Source: Isurus oxyrinchus
Lineage: Eukaryota
Direction of reading: 5' to 3'
Assembly (NCBI GenBank): GCA_026770705.1
Contig: JANJGN010000008.1
Span: 13,640,001 to 13,704,000, forward strand
DNA: 64,000 nt
Below, piece by piece: positions 26,038 to 38,190 of this stretch. The stretch's first letter is position 1; each line of letters begins with the position of its first letter. The position numbers and the translations under genes are program-made. A model generated the notes under the pieces. The model had not been told where the DNA came from and did not search any database. It worked only from the letters and a program-made list of their open reading frames with translations.

Positions 26038-27770
26038 TGGTGGCAGAAGGTAAATAAAATTCCTGCTGCCCTTTCAAACCACAATCCGGAAATCTCGGAG
26101 CATAATGTCTCGGCTGACACTCCCAGTGCAGTGTGGGAGGAGTGCTGCAGTGCCGGGGCTGCTGGCTCTCGGTTGAGATGTTAAACCAGGGCCCGCCTGT
26201 CCTCTCAGGTGAATCTGAAAGATCCCGTGCACCGTTTCAAAGACCGGGGGAGTTCTCCCTGTTGTCCTGTGATCACTACCACCTAGAAGGACAAGGGCAG
26301 CAGACAGATGGGAACACCACCGCCTGCAAGTTCCCCTCCAAGCCACTCACCATCCTGACTTGGAAATACATCGCCGTTCCTTCACTGTCGCTGGGTCAAA
26401 ATCCTGGAACTCCCTCACTAACAGCACCGTGTGGGTGTACCTACACCGCATGGTCTGCAGCGGTTCAAGAAGGCAGCTCACCACCACCTTCTGGAGGGCA
26501 ATTAGGGACGAGCAACAAATTCTGGGCTAGCCAGCGAAGCTCACACCCCATGAAATAATTTAAAAAATCCTTCAACCACGAACACTAAAATCAGCTTATC
26601 TGGTCGTTATCACTTTGCTGTTTATGGGAGCTTGCTGTGTGCAAATTGGCTGCTGCATTTCCTATATTACAACAGTGACTACACTTCAAAGGGCAATTCA
26701 CCATCAAGTGAGTTGGGACACCATTAGGTGGTGAAAGGCACTATATAAATGCAAGTTCTTTATTTCATATACCATCACTGAAGAATGATTGAAATGTGAA
26801 ATGCTCTGAAATATTTTGACACATTCAGACGGCATATAAATAGAGGCATTGTGAGTTCACCACAGTCGGGGATTGGATCATTAGATGGTAATAAACGTCT
26901 TGTTTTAAACACGTTTTCTCCCTGTACAATGCTCCCCCGGTCAGCTTCCCATCAACCGCCACCTGTGGTCTTGAGATCAGTCAAAACTCTGCTGCCTGTA
27001 TCCTAACTCAAACCAAACTGTGTTCACCTCACCCCCTCCCTATCTCTGCAACCTCCTCCAACCCTATATCCCCCGGAGACATCAATGCCTCTCCCATTCC
27101 GGCTTCTCATCCATCCCTGATTTTAATTACTTCACCACACCATTGCCTTTATTTTCCCAAAAAATATACTTTATTGATAAGTTCGTAGAAGTACATTCAA
27201 TGACAGTTCAAAGTTGACATTACATAAGGTGCGAACCAAATCAGTTTCTTCCAATACTGTATGTTACTCAAAACATTTAAAATTACAGTTAATGTTTACC
27301 CTACTCATTACTTGTCGAACATTCAGCCCGTGGGGGTTTTTCACAGTTTCCACCCACTGGGTGCACCACATCTGAAGGGCCTTTCCCCACTAAGCCATTG
27401 CAGCAGCTGCCCCAAGCTTGAGTGGGTCTCTCATTTACCCCACCACACGATAGTCAGCCACGTCTTCAGCTGCCTGGGCCAGAAGGTCTGGAACTCCCTC
27501 CCTAACCTTCTCCGTTTCTCCCTCTCTTCCTTTAAGATGCTCCTTAAAACCTATCTCTTCAACCGAGCTCTTGGTCACCTGCCCTAATATCTTTTTATCG
27601 CTATCGTATTTTGCCTTATCATGTCCTTGTGAAGCAGATTGGGATGTGGCATTGTGTTAAAGATAATATAGGAATACAAGTTGTCTTTTGGTTATGGCTG
27701 CAGTGCCTCCAGCTACAGACAGATGGCACCAACATCAAACCCTGGAATCTCAAACCCCCAGTGGTCAACA

Positions 27771-27842
27771 CTGATTGGCTATTGTGTCAGTTGCTAGTTG
27801 CCGGGTAGAAGTCTCTGCTTGAAGTTGTGCTTTATAGAATCA
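27771..27842 (-). promoter_or_regulatory. S-X-Y-like module B
   Basis: Minus: CAACTT-16bp-CCCGGCAACTAGCA...AGCCAATCAG; X2 degenerate. Confidence 0.55.
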
Positions 27843-28969
27843 GGCGACAGAAACTAAGCCAACATAGAATCATAGAATGGTTACAGCACAGAAGGAGGCC
27901 ATTCAGCCTATTGTGCCCGTGTCAGTTCCCTATAAGAGCTACTCACTCACACAACCCCTTCCTCAACTTTTCCCTCCGACCCTGCAATTTTGTTTTGACT
28001 GCAGATAATTAGTGCAAAATATCTCCTTCGTTTGCCAACCCCACAACAATCACTGCACTTCAAAGCAATTAATTCTAAGTGCTGCACTTTGGATTGTAAA
28101 AAATATAAGCCTCTCTCACATTGCGCTTTGAAGATATCAATGGAAAGTATTTTCCGAAGTTATCCAATTATCCATTTCTATCATGTTGGTTCTAACAGAT
28201 GGAGAAGCTAATACCCAGCTAACTCCCAATACTCAACGAAATAATTGAAGGCAACTTCTTTTGCAGTAATGAAGCATAAAGCTGACCTTGTCACAGCAAC
28301 TGTGTGGGTGATTAGTATAACTCCTGTCTGCTTGAACAAATTGAAAGTGTCACGCAGCATTATCGAAAACAAGCAAACGGAAGGAGCCACACAAACAGGC
28401 AAAGGAGCGCTGCCTGTTGCATTTCCAATCAGAAAGATTTCAAATATTGTTTCATATCATTTCATCGTTCTTCTACGTTATTGCTGATAACGTATTCTGT
28501 ACATTTCGATTTTCAGGCCAGTGTTTCAAGAATTGTTTGTACATGTACCATGTGGGTGTACAGCAAGCGTGATTCTTTTTCTGAAAGACGTACACTTGCA
28601 AATTCACAATATAGATGGTTTTATGTTTGACGGAATGCCTGTGGTGTGTTGGAAATAGAAATCTCTGTACTTTTCTGCCCGGGCTTGGATTGGTTCTGGA
28701 TCGGCTCTGAGTTATTAGTGAAGCGAAAGGAAAAGAATCTCTGGATGCCCAGCTCTTTGTCAGCACTCTCCACCCCTCCAAGGGCTTTTGATTTGTCACA
28801 TTGCTTATCCGACACCCAGTACCGGATGAGCAGAAATTTCCTCCAATTAAATATTGGGAAGACCGAAGCCACTATTTGCAGCCCCCACTCCAAACTCTGT
28901 TCCCTAGCTACAGGCATCAGTTCCATATTCTCCCTGGTAACCGACTGATGGTGAACCTGACAGTTTGCA

Positions 28970-29820
28970 CCGTTCAAGGGCCCAAACACTCCTTTCAAGT
29001 GAAGCAGCATTTCACTTGCATTTCCCCCAACTTAGTCTACTGCATTCGTTGCTCCCAATGCGGTCTCCTCTACATTGGAGAGACCAAACGTAAACTGGGC
29101 GACCGCTTTGCAGAACACCTGCGGTCTGTCCGCAAGAATGACCCAAACCTCCCTGTCGCTTGCCATTTTAACACTCCACCCTGCTCTCTTGCCCACATGT
29201 CTGTCCTTGGCTTACTGCATTGTTCCAGTGAAGCCCAACGCAAACTGGAGGAACAGCACCTCATCTTCCGACTAGGCACCTTACAGCCTTCCGGACTGAA
29301 TATTGAATTCAATAACTTTAGGTCGTGAGCTCCCTCCCCCATCCCCACCCCCTTTCTGTTTCCCCCTTTTTCCTTTTTTTTTCCCTATAAATTTATAGAT
29401 TTTTCTTTTCCCACCTATTTCCATTATTTTTAAATATTTTAAAATCTTTTATGCTCCCTCCACCCCCACTAGAGCTGTACCTTGAGTGCCCTACCATCCA
29501 TTCTTAATTAGCACATTCGTTTAGATAATATCACCAACTTTAACTTTAACACCTATGTATTCTATTGTACCATTGTCGCTGACATCTTTTGATGATCTGC
29601 TTCTATCACTGCTTGTTTGTCTACACAAGCACCTCTGTCTCTCTCTCTCTCTCCGCCCCCCCACACACACACCTTAAACCAGCTTACATTTCAACTCTTT
29701 CTTGGACTCGAAATCAAGTTCTGTCGAAGGGTCATGAGGACTCGAAACGTCAACTCTTTTCTTCTCCGCCGATGCTGCCAGACCTGCTGAGTTTTTCCAG
29801 GTAATTCTGTTTTTGTTTTG
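28970..29820 (+). mobile_element. Penelope-like element 3' fragment (GIY-YIG) with 13-bp TSD
   Basis: HFTC...NLVYCIRCSQCGLLYIGETKRKLGDRFAEH...GLN; CTGACAGTTTGCA at 28957-28969 and 29821-29833; hammerhead-like motif 29717-29755. Confidence 0.9.
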
Positions 29821-30541
29821 CTGACAGTTTGCAACCTTGACGCCATATCTGACGCTGAGATGAGTTTCTAACTCATAGTTGCACCATGACCAAAGCCGCC
29901 CCTTTTCGCCTCTGTAACATTGCCTGACTCTGCCTCTGCTTCAGCTCTTCTGCTACTGAAACCCCCACTCACACCTTCAGGTTTAACTATTCCAAAGCAT
30001 TCCTGGCCAGCCTCCCAGGTCCTCCGCAAGTTTGAGTTCACTCGAACCTCTTCTACCTGTCTCCCTAACTCGCAGCAAGTCCCGTTCACCCATCATCCCC
30101 TTCTGCTCACTGTCTCTGGGTCCAGCAATGCCTCAATTTTAAATGAGTTTAAATCCCTCCATGGCCTCTCTGTAATCTCCTCCAGCCCCACCACCGTCTG
30201 AGATACCTGGCTTCTTGACCATCCCCGATTTTAATCGCTCCACCGTCGACAGCCGTGCCTTTGGTTGCCTAGACTCGAAACTCTGAAATTGCTAAAACTC
30301 TCCAACCCTCTATTTCCCTCTCCTCCTTTAGGGCACTCCTTAAATCTTCTTTGAGCATCTTTTGGCCAACTCTATCGCTGTCATGTTTTGTTTGACCACG
30401 TTCTTGTGAAGCAGATTGGGATATGTTACTGTGTGAAAGATGCTGCAGAAATGGAAGTTGTTGTGTGGCTGCAGTGCCTCCAGCTACCGACAGATGGCAC
30501 CAACACCCGATCCTAAAAACACAAACCCCAAATGGTCAACA

Positions 30542-30613
30542 CTGATTGGCTATTGCGTGACTCGCTAGTTGCCGGGTAGAGGTCCCTGCTTGAGGTTGTG
30601 TTTTATAGAAATC
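30542..30613 (-). promoter_or_regulatory. S-X-Y-like module C
   Basis: Minus: CAACCT-16bp-CCCGGCAACTAGCG-AGTCA...AGCCAATCAG. Confidence 0.65.
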
Positions 30614-33600
30614 AAGTGACAGAAACCAAACCAACAATTCCACACGAAAGCTGAAGACGCCCACTTCCTCCTCAGCACCCTTGACCCCTCCGAAGCCTTT
30701 GATTTGTCACCTTGCTTACCCGACGTCCAGTACCGGATGAGAAGAAATTTCCTCTGATTAAGTATTAGGAAGACCAAAGCCGTGGTTTCCCATCTCTTGC
30801 TCGCTGACAACCGTGTAAAACTCCTCCAAACTGTTCGCAACCTTGGTGTCATAATTGACCCCAAGATGAGGCCCTGACCAAATATCCACACCATCTCTTA
30901 AGACAGCCGACTCCCGCCTCTATAGTAACACCCAACCTTACCCCCACCTCATCTTATTTGCTGGGAACCCCCGTCCATGGCTTTGTTCCTCTACAGCTGG
31001 TTATTCCAATGCATTCCAACACCTCCTACCCCTGAGAGCATCCAAATCTCTGCTGCCCTTGTCCTAACCCGCACCGAGTCCTGTTCACCCGTCACCCCTG
31101 TGCTCGCTGACTTGCATTGGCTCCCAGTCAAGCCAGACCTTGGTTTGAAAATTCTCATCCTTGTTTCCAAATCCCTCTGTGGCCTCGTCCCTCACTATCT
31201 CTGTAATCTCCTCCAGCCCTCCAACCCTCTGAGATATCTGCACTCCTTTAACTCTGCCCTCTTGTGTGTAATCATCAATTTGAACCGCTCCACCATTGGC
31301 GTCTGTGTCTTGTTGTCTCTCTCGCTTACCTTCCCCCTTATAACCTACCTCTTTGACCAAGCTTTTGTCATCTCCTTGTGTGGTCATCGCTTGTTTGATG
31401 AGGCTCCTGTGAAGTGCCTCGGGGGTGGGGGGGGGGGATTTACCACATTGAAGGTGCCACGCAAATGCAAGTTGTTGTTGTAACAGTGGCCACCTTTTTT
31501 TTCACAAAACAGCGTTTTTTTTAAAAAATTAAACCATTCATAGCAAACCACTGCGGGACACCGTGTGGATCTGAAACTTGGGAAGGACGTAAGTTCCTCT
31601 TTCGGTGCTGGAAGGCGCTGACTCCGTGTTGGGGGGTGTGATCCCAAGAATGTTGAACCCCCACTTCTACCTCGAGTCATATGTTCATGTTTCTGGTGTG
31701 TGGCTGGGGGGTGGGGGGGGGAGGGGGGGAGGTGGCAGTGAGTTTTCACCAACTCTTTCCACTTGAGGCTAATTGCCCCCTCTTTGGTGACACTCACTAG
31801 CGATGGAGAACATGCCAGACCCAGAGCAATGCCCTCCGTGCCACACTGCCCAGCTGGACTTTAGCCGCTCGAGAAGCTGGTTCAACTTCTCAAGGGCAAT
31901 TCGGAGCGGGCAACAAATGCTGCCCTCGCCAGCGTCGTCCACACCCCATGAAAGAAGAAGATAAGAAGGAGCATGGCTGATTTTCGTAAATCTCCTGCTC
32001 CCCCCTTCCCCCACACTCCCACCGTGACAGCTCACTGAACGGCAATAGCAAGCTGTTCGACCGTGGTGTTTGGTGCCTGGTGTTTCCCCCAAACTGGCGC
32101 TCAAAAGTAGGACCTTTGGCTGTGCTGCGCTCCAACGCTTTCCTGGTTGAGCTCAGCTAAGTCAGCACAGACCAGGGGGCCAAACAGAATGAACCCGTAA
32201 CCCCACAGTGACCTTCACAACCTCAGGATGCCCCAGCGACTGATACAGCCGGTGAAGCACCCTTTAAAAGGGTGAGCCCTGTTGTTAGGTAGGAAACACA
32301 ACCAATTTGCGCACAGCAAGACCCCACAAGCTGCTGAATGACCAGATATCTGTTTCAGTGATTTCAGGTTGAGGGATACCAGACAAAACCACCCCCTACC
32401 CCCCCCCCCCTCCCCCCCTCCACTCCCCGCCCTTCCTTGTAATCACGCCGTGGGATCTTTTACATCCACTTGAGAGGGCCAACAGGGCCGCAGCTTATCA
32501 TCTCACTTGGAAGACGGCACCTCTGACAATGCGGCACTCCCTTGCTACCACGCTGGGAGGGTCATGCTCGAATGTGTGCTCAAGTTCCTGGAGTGGGAGC
32601 TGAAACTACGACCATCTAACACAGAGACGAAAGAGAGTGTCACCCACTGAGTCACAACCAGCAACAAAGATATGGAAACCCCTGTACAGTTCACTGCCAC
32701 ACTGGAGACTGCGTTGCTGTTCACTAAGGCTTGAGTATCCAAGGGTGCAGGTGTCACTGGCAAGGCCCCAGCATTTGTTGCCCATCCCTAAATGCCCTTG
32801 AACTGAGTGGATGACTAGGCCATAGAGTCAACCACGTTGCTATGGGTCTGGAGTCACACATAGGCCAGACTGGATAAGGATGGCAGATTCCCTTAGCACA
32901 TCCTGAGGTTCCTTGGCCAGCACAGACACAATGGGCCAAAGGGCCTGTTTCTGTGCTGTATAACACATCGTGAACCAGTTGGGTTTTTAGGCCAATCAAT
33001 AATAGTTTCATGGTCACCATAACTGAGACTGGATTTATATTCCCGATTTAACTAATTGAATTTAGATTCCACCAACTGCTGTGGTGGGATTTGAACCCAT
33101 GGCTTCAGCGTTACTAGTCCAGTTGACATTACCACGACCCCCCACCCTCTGTAATGGAGGCATTTAGGATGATTAAAGGATTTGTGAAGGTAGATAAAGA
33201 GAAACAATTTTCTCTGTGTTGGGGGGAGTACAGACCAAGGGAGCAAAGCCTCAAGATCAGAGACTGCTCAGGGGTGATATCAAGAAGCATTCCCTCACAC
33301 AACGGGCTGTTGAGGTTGGTTGTCACATGAAAATTTCAAATCTGACTTTGAGAGAGTTTTGTGGGTAAGGGTATTAAGGGTGACAGGTGTGTAAATGGAA
33401 TTAAGACTCAGATAAGCCTCGATCCAATTGAATGGTGCGATAGGCTGAAAGGGGCTGAATAGCCTCCTGTTCCTATAAGCGACAGCTTCCAGGCTGTTTT
33501 ACTAAACAACAGGCAATGGATAAGAGATAAACTCAGAGCCAAGTTAGCAGCACACATCCAGACCATGGAGGTTAACTTGGTTCCCGTGCAATGTTGCAGT

Positions 33601-33657
33601 TTCACTTCTACGCTGCCAGAAACCAATATTGAGGACAGGTATCCCAACAGGAGAATA

Positions 33658-33729
33658 TCTATTGGCTGCTCAGTGACTCACTAGTTGTCAGGGAAAGGTT
33701 TCCAGCTGAGACTGTGTTTTATAGAGTCA
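33658..33729 (-). promoter_or_regulatory. S-X-Y-like module D
   Basis: Minus: CAGTCT-16bp-CCTGACAACTAG-TGAGTCA...AGCCAATAG. Confidence 0.6.
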
Positions 33730-33789
33730 CTTGTCAATGAGCCAGAACTCATGTCCTCCGTATTGTGCAGATTATGTGTCAACACAGCA

Positions 33790-34385
33790 GTTTGTGGCTT
33801 CAATCCCACGCCAGAGACTTGAGCTCATAATCTAGGGCTAACACTCACAGTGCAGGACTGAGGGAGTGCTGTACTGTCAAAGGGACAGAACTGAGGGAGT
33901 GCTGCACTGTCAGAGGGGCAGTACTGAGGGAGTGCTGCACTGTCAGAGGGGCAGTACTGAGGGAGTGCTGCACTGTCAGAGGGTCAGTACTGAGGGAGTG
34001 CTGCACTGTCAGAGGGGCAGCACTGAGGAAATGCTGCACTGTTGGAGGTGCTGTCTTTTGCATGAGTCATTAAACCGAGGCCCCAGTTGCCCTCTCAGGT
34101 GGAAGTATGAGACTCCATGCCACCATTCGAGGAACGGCGATTGTGGGGGGGGGGGGTTCTGCCCAGTGTTCTGGGGCCAATATGTTTCCCTTATGCTACA
34201 TCACCAAAACAGATTATTTGGACATTATCACGTTGCTGTTTGTGGGATCTTGGTGTGCACAAATTGGCTGTCGTGATTCCTACATTGCAACAGTGACTAC
34301 ACTTCAAATGTACTTCATTGGCTGGGAAACACTTCTGCACTCCCCTGAGGATGTGAAAGGCACTATAAAAATGCAAGTTTTGTTT
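33790..34385 (+). mobile_element. DeuSINE (SacSINE1/AmnSINE1-like) with internal tandem expansion
   Basis: Deu-type domain TTGCTGTTTGTGGGATCTTG...CAAATTGGCTG...GTGACTACACTTCAAA; relatives at ~25195-25550, 26570-26765, 32200-32660(-), 37080-37370(-), 52590-52930. Confidence 0.65.
33851..34050 (+). repeat. 33-bp tandem repeat, ~6 copies (ACTGAGGGAGTGCTGCACTGTCAGAGGGGCAGT)
   Basis: Directly visible; gives the 11-aa periodicity in overlapping spurious ORFs. Confidence 0.95.
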
Positions 34386-35734
34386 CCATTGGAAACATTC
34401 AAAGGCCCACGGATCATTGGACTGTAGTATCTGTGCAGTAAGGGAGCTGGTGGTGTAGAGCTATTGTCACTGGACGAGTATTCCAGAGACCAGGGTAACA
34501 TTGTGGGGACGCAGATTCAAATCCCAGTAGATGGTGAAATTTTAATTCAATAAAAGTCTGATGATGACCATGAAACCATCGCTGATTGTTATAAAAAAAA
34601 ACCCATCTGGCTCACAAATATCCCTTTAGGGAAGGAAATCTGCCCTCCCTTACCTGGTCTGGGCCTACACGTGACTCCAGACCCACAGCCTATGTGGCTG
34701 ACTCTTAACTCCTCTCGAAAACGCCTCACAAGCCACTCAGTTCTCGAGGGCAATTTCTGCCGGCCTAACCAGTGACCTCCCCGTCCCATCAGTGAATAAA
34801 AAAAAAAATACTCAGCTGGGTCTCTCTGTGTCCAGCAGCAATCACCCCCTGATTCCCATTCTCCAGGAGGCTGCTTCGAAGAGAGTGAATAACCCTTTGG
34901 CGTAATTCGGATTGGGATTAGGGGTGTGAAGGATGAAGGGCCCCTTTCATGTTGCAAGGCCGGCAGATTCGATTCCTCCGCAACGGATAGTGCGGGCTCG
35001 TGTTTTCCATTTGTTTAAAATTCCGGACCCTGTGCCTCGGGATCGTTCCCTGGTGGGGGGGGAATCCCCCATGGACAAAATCCGCCCTGGAGCAGCTCGT
35101 CCACCTGCGCACCCCCCCCCCTCCCCTCCCGGACGCTATTGAGCGAGCCCTAGTTGGGAGTGAGCCGCTCACTTTGCGCTGGGGTTAGCCGCAGTGGCTG
35201 GGGTGGTGGGGGGTGAAGGTGGGGGTGGGTGCTGGGGGGAGGGGTGCAAGGTAGGGGTGGTGAATCCTCTTTAGGATCAGGAGGAACATGAGGGCAAGTG
35301 GAGACCCTTCCAACCTTTGACTCTCGACTGCCTCTCAATGTTACCCCAAATCGCAGCTCGGTACCCTTCCCTCCCTCCCTCCCTCCCTCCCTCCCTCCCA
35401 CATTGGCCAAATCTTGAGGTTAGCAGCCCTCCCTCCAATTAGCCAATCGGTGCCCTGCTGCTGGTAAGACTTGTCAGCCATTGGATGAGGCGGAAAAAAA
35501 TCTCTTCATTATTGTTTGCCTGTTCTCAAATCCTCGAAGGCACCTCTAAAAGCCCCAGTACTTTTTTCAGAAACAAACACAGTGAAAACGCAATCATCGA
35601 GGTGGGGCTGGGGGACGGGGGGTGTTGGGGGGGGGTTGGTGGGTGGGGGAGGGAGTGGGGAGGGTGGGAGAGGGGAGGGGGGGCAGAGGCAGGAGAAGAA
35701 TGAAACCGCAACAGCAAAACCATCAAAGAAACCA

Positions 35735-35810
35735 CTGGTCAGCCATCAGTGTGTGAGTCACTAGTTACCAAGGAAAGGTTGCACGTTGAGGCTGAGTTTT
35801 TGGAGCGTCA
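35735..35810 (-). promoter_or_regulatory. S-X-(Y)-like module E, Y box degenerate
   Basis: Minus: CAGCCT-16bp-CTTGGTAACTAG-TGACTCA; the CCAAT position is replaced by a diverged sequence. Confidence 0.5.
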
Positions 35811-37844
35811 CGTGCCAATTAACAGTTCGGCACTGGTTCCAACAATCACCAAATCGTTAAAGCACAGGAGGAGGCCATTCGGATGAGCAGCTCACCTAAT
35901 GCCATTTCCCCAGCTTTTCCCCATAACCCTGCACCTTCTTCCTTTTCGGATAACAGCCTAATTCCCTTTTGAATGCTTCAGTTGAACATCCGCCGCCCCC
36001 CACCTCCCCCCCACCCCCACTCTCAGCCTGTGCATTCCAGAATTTAACCACTCGCTGCTTGAAAAAAGATTTTCCTCAGGTCACTGTTCCTCCTTTCACC
36101 AACTGCATTAAACCTGTGCCCTCTCGTTCGCGATCCCTTCACAGGCGGAGGCTGTGTTTTCTAGTTCTATAGAATCATAGGTTGGTTACAGAACAGAAGG
36201 AGGCCATTCAGCCTATGCTGCCCACACTGGCCCGCAAGAGCAACTCGCCTTGCCCCCACTCCTCTAGAGAGAAAATTAGTTTTTGAGCACTCGCTGCATA
36301 AAAAGATTTTCCTCATGTCACTGTTGTTTCTTTTGCCAATCACTTGAAGTCAGTGTCCCCTGGTTCTTGACTATTCCACCAATGGGAACAGTTTCTCCCT
36401 ATTAGTCTGTTCAGGTCCTACATGATTTGGAACACCTCTATCAAATCCCTTCTTAGTCTCCTCCACTTGCCTGGATGAGTGCAGCTCCAACAACACTCAA
36501 GAAGCTCGACACCACGCAGGACAAAGCAGCCCCGCTTGATTGGCATCCCATCCACAGACATTCACTCCCTCTACCACCGACATATAGTGACAGCAGTGTG
36601 TGTACCATCTACAAGATGCACTGCAGGGATTCACCAAGGCTACTTCGACAGCACCTTCCAAACCCACGACTGCTACCGTCTAGAAGGACAAGGGCAGCAG
36701 ATACATGGGAATACCACCACCTGGAAGTTCCCCTCCAAGTCACTCACCATCCTGACTTGGAAATATATCGGCATTCTTTCACTGTCGCCGTGTCAAAATC
36801 CTGGAACTCCCTTCCTAACATGGGCGTACCTACACCACATGGACTGCAGCTGTTCAAGAAGGCAGCTCACCACCACCTTCTCAAGGGTAATTGGGATGGG
36901 TAATAAATGCTGGCCTTGCCAGTGAGGCCCACATCCCATAAATTAATATAAAAAGAGTCCCAGTTTCTTCAATCTATCCACATAACTGAAGTTCTTATAT
37001 TGTAACTGATTAGTCTGCAGTCACATAGAATTCCATCACATGTACAGCAGGAAAACAGGCCACTTGGCCCAACTGGTCTAAAGAAAGACCTGCATTTATA
37101 TAGTGCTTTTCACAACCACCAGATGTGCCAAAGCGCTTTGCAGCCAATGAAGTACTTTTGAAATGTAGTCACTGTAGGAAATGTGGCAGTCAAATTGTGC
37201 ACAGCAAGCTCCCACCAACAACGACCTGATCATTACTGGATATTCTGCGTTTTGGTGATGTAGATTGAAGGATAAATGTTGGCCGGGGGGGGGGAGGAAA
37301 TCGCCCCTACTCTCCTTTGAAACAGTGCCATGGGATCTTTTACATCTACCTGAGAGGGCAGATGCCAGTTCTACATCGGTCTATGCCAGTCTGTGCTCCG
37401 CATAAGCCTTCCCCCAACCCTGCTCACCTAACCTCATACACAATATCTTCATCCCTGTCTCCCTCATGTGTTCATCTAGCTTCCCTTTAAATGCACTGAT
37501 GCAATTCACCACAACTATTCCTTGCGGCAGCGAGTTCCACGTTCTAGCTAATCTTGCACCCAGTTTTGTGAGCCTTGCTTTATTTAGGGAAGTAAACAAA
37601 GCAATGGAGAGGGTGTAGGAGGAATTCAACAACAACTTGCACTTATGAAGCACCTTTAAAGTAGTAAAAACGTCCCAAGGTAATTCAAAGGAGTGTTATC
37701 AGGCAGAATATGAGGCGATATTGTCAGGAGACCTTGGGGAGAAGGGGCCCACAAAGTGGTCCAAAGATTTTAAGGAGCGTCTTAAAGGAGGGGTGTGAGG
37801 TGGTGGTGGTGGGGGAAGGTTTAAGGAGGGAATTTTTGGAGAGG

Positions 37845-38190
37845 TGGTTGCATAGTGGTATTGTCACTGGACTAGTATTCCAGAGACCCAGGGTAATGCT
37901 CTGGGGACCAGGATTCAAATCCCATTATGGCAGATGATGAAGTTTCAATTCAATAAAAATCTGGAATTAAAGGTCTGCGGATGACCATGAAACTATTGCC
38001 GATTGTCGTAAAAACCCATCTGGTTCACTAATGTCCTTTAGGGAAGGAAATCTGCCATCCTTACCTGGTCTGGCTAATGTCTGACTCCAGACCTACAACA
38101 ATTGGCTCTTAAATGCCCTCTGAACAAGGGCAATTAGGGATGGGCATAAATGTTGGCCTAGCCGGTGACACCCACATCCCATGAATGATT
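37845..38190 (+). mobile_element. tRNA-derived MetaSINE/SlmI-like SINE
   Basis: A box (TGCATAGTGG), B box (GGATTCAAATCC), core AAAAACCCATCTGGTTCACTAATGTCCTTTAGGGAAGG, LINE-derived tail; relatives at ~32740-33135(-), 34450-34800, 50470-50822, 60690-61020. Confidence 0.7.

Noticed and set aside
35059-35069. Palindromic kB-like site GGGGAATCCCC between modules D and E
   Set aside because: Lies next to a Harbinger-type TIR-like end in G/C-run-rich sequence; could be chance without conservation data
37845-37930. tRNA gene
   Set aside because: A/B boxes belong to a SINE head; no cloverleaf, and it is followed by the SINE body
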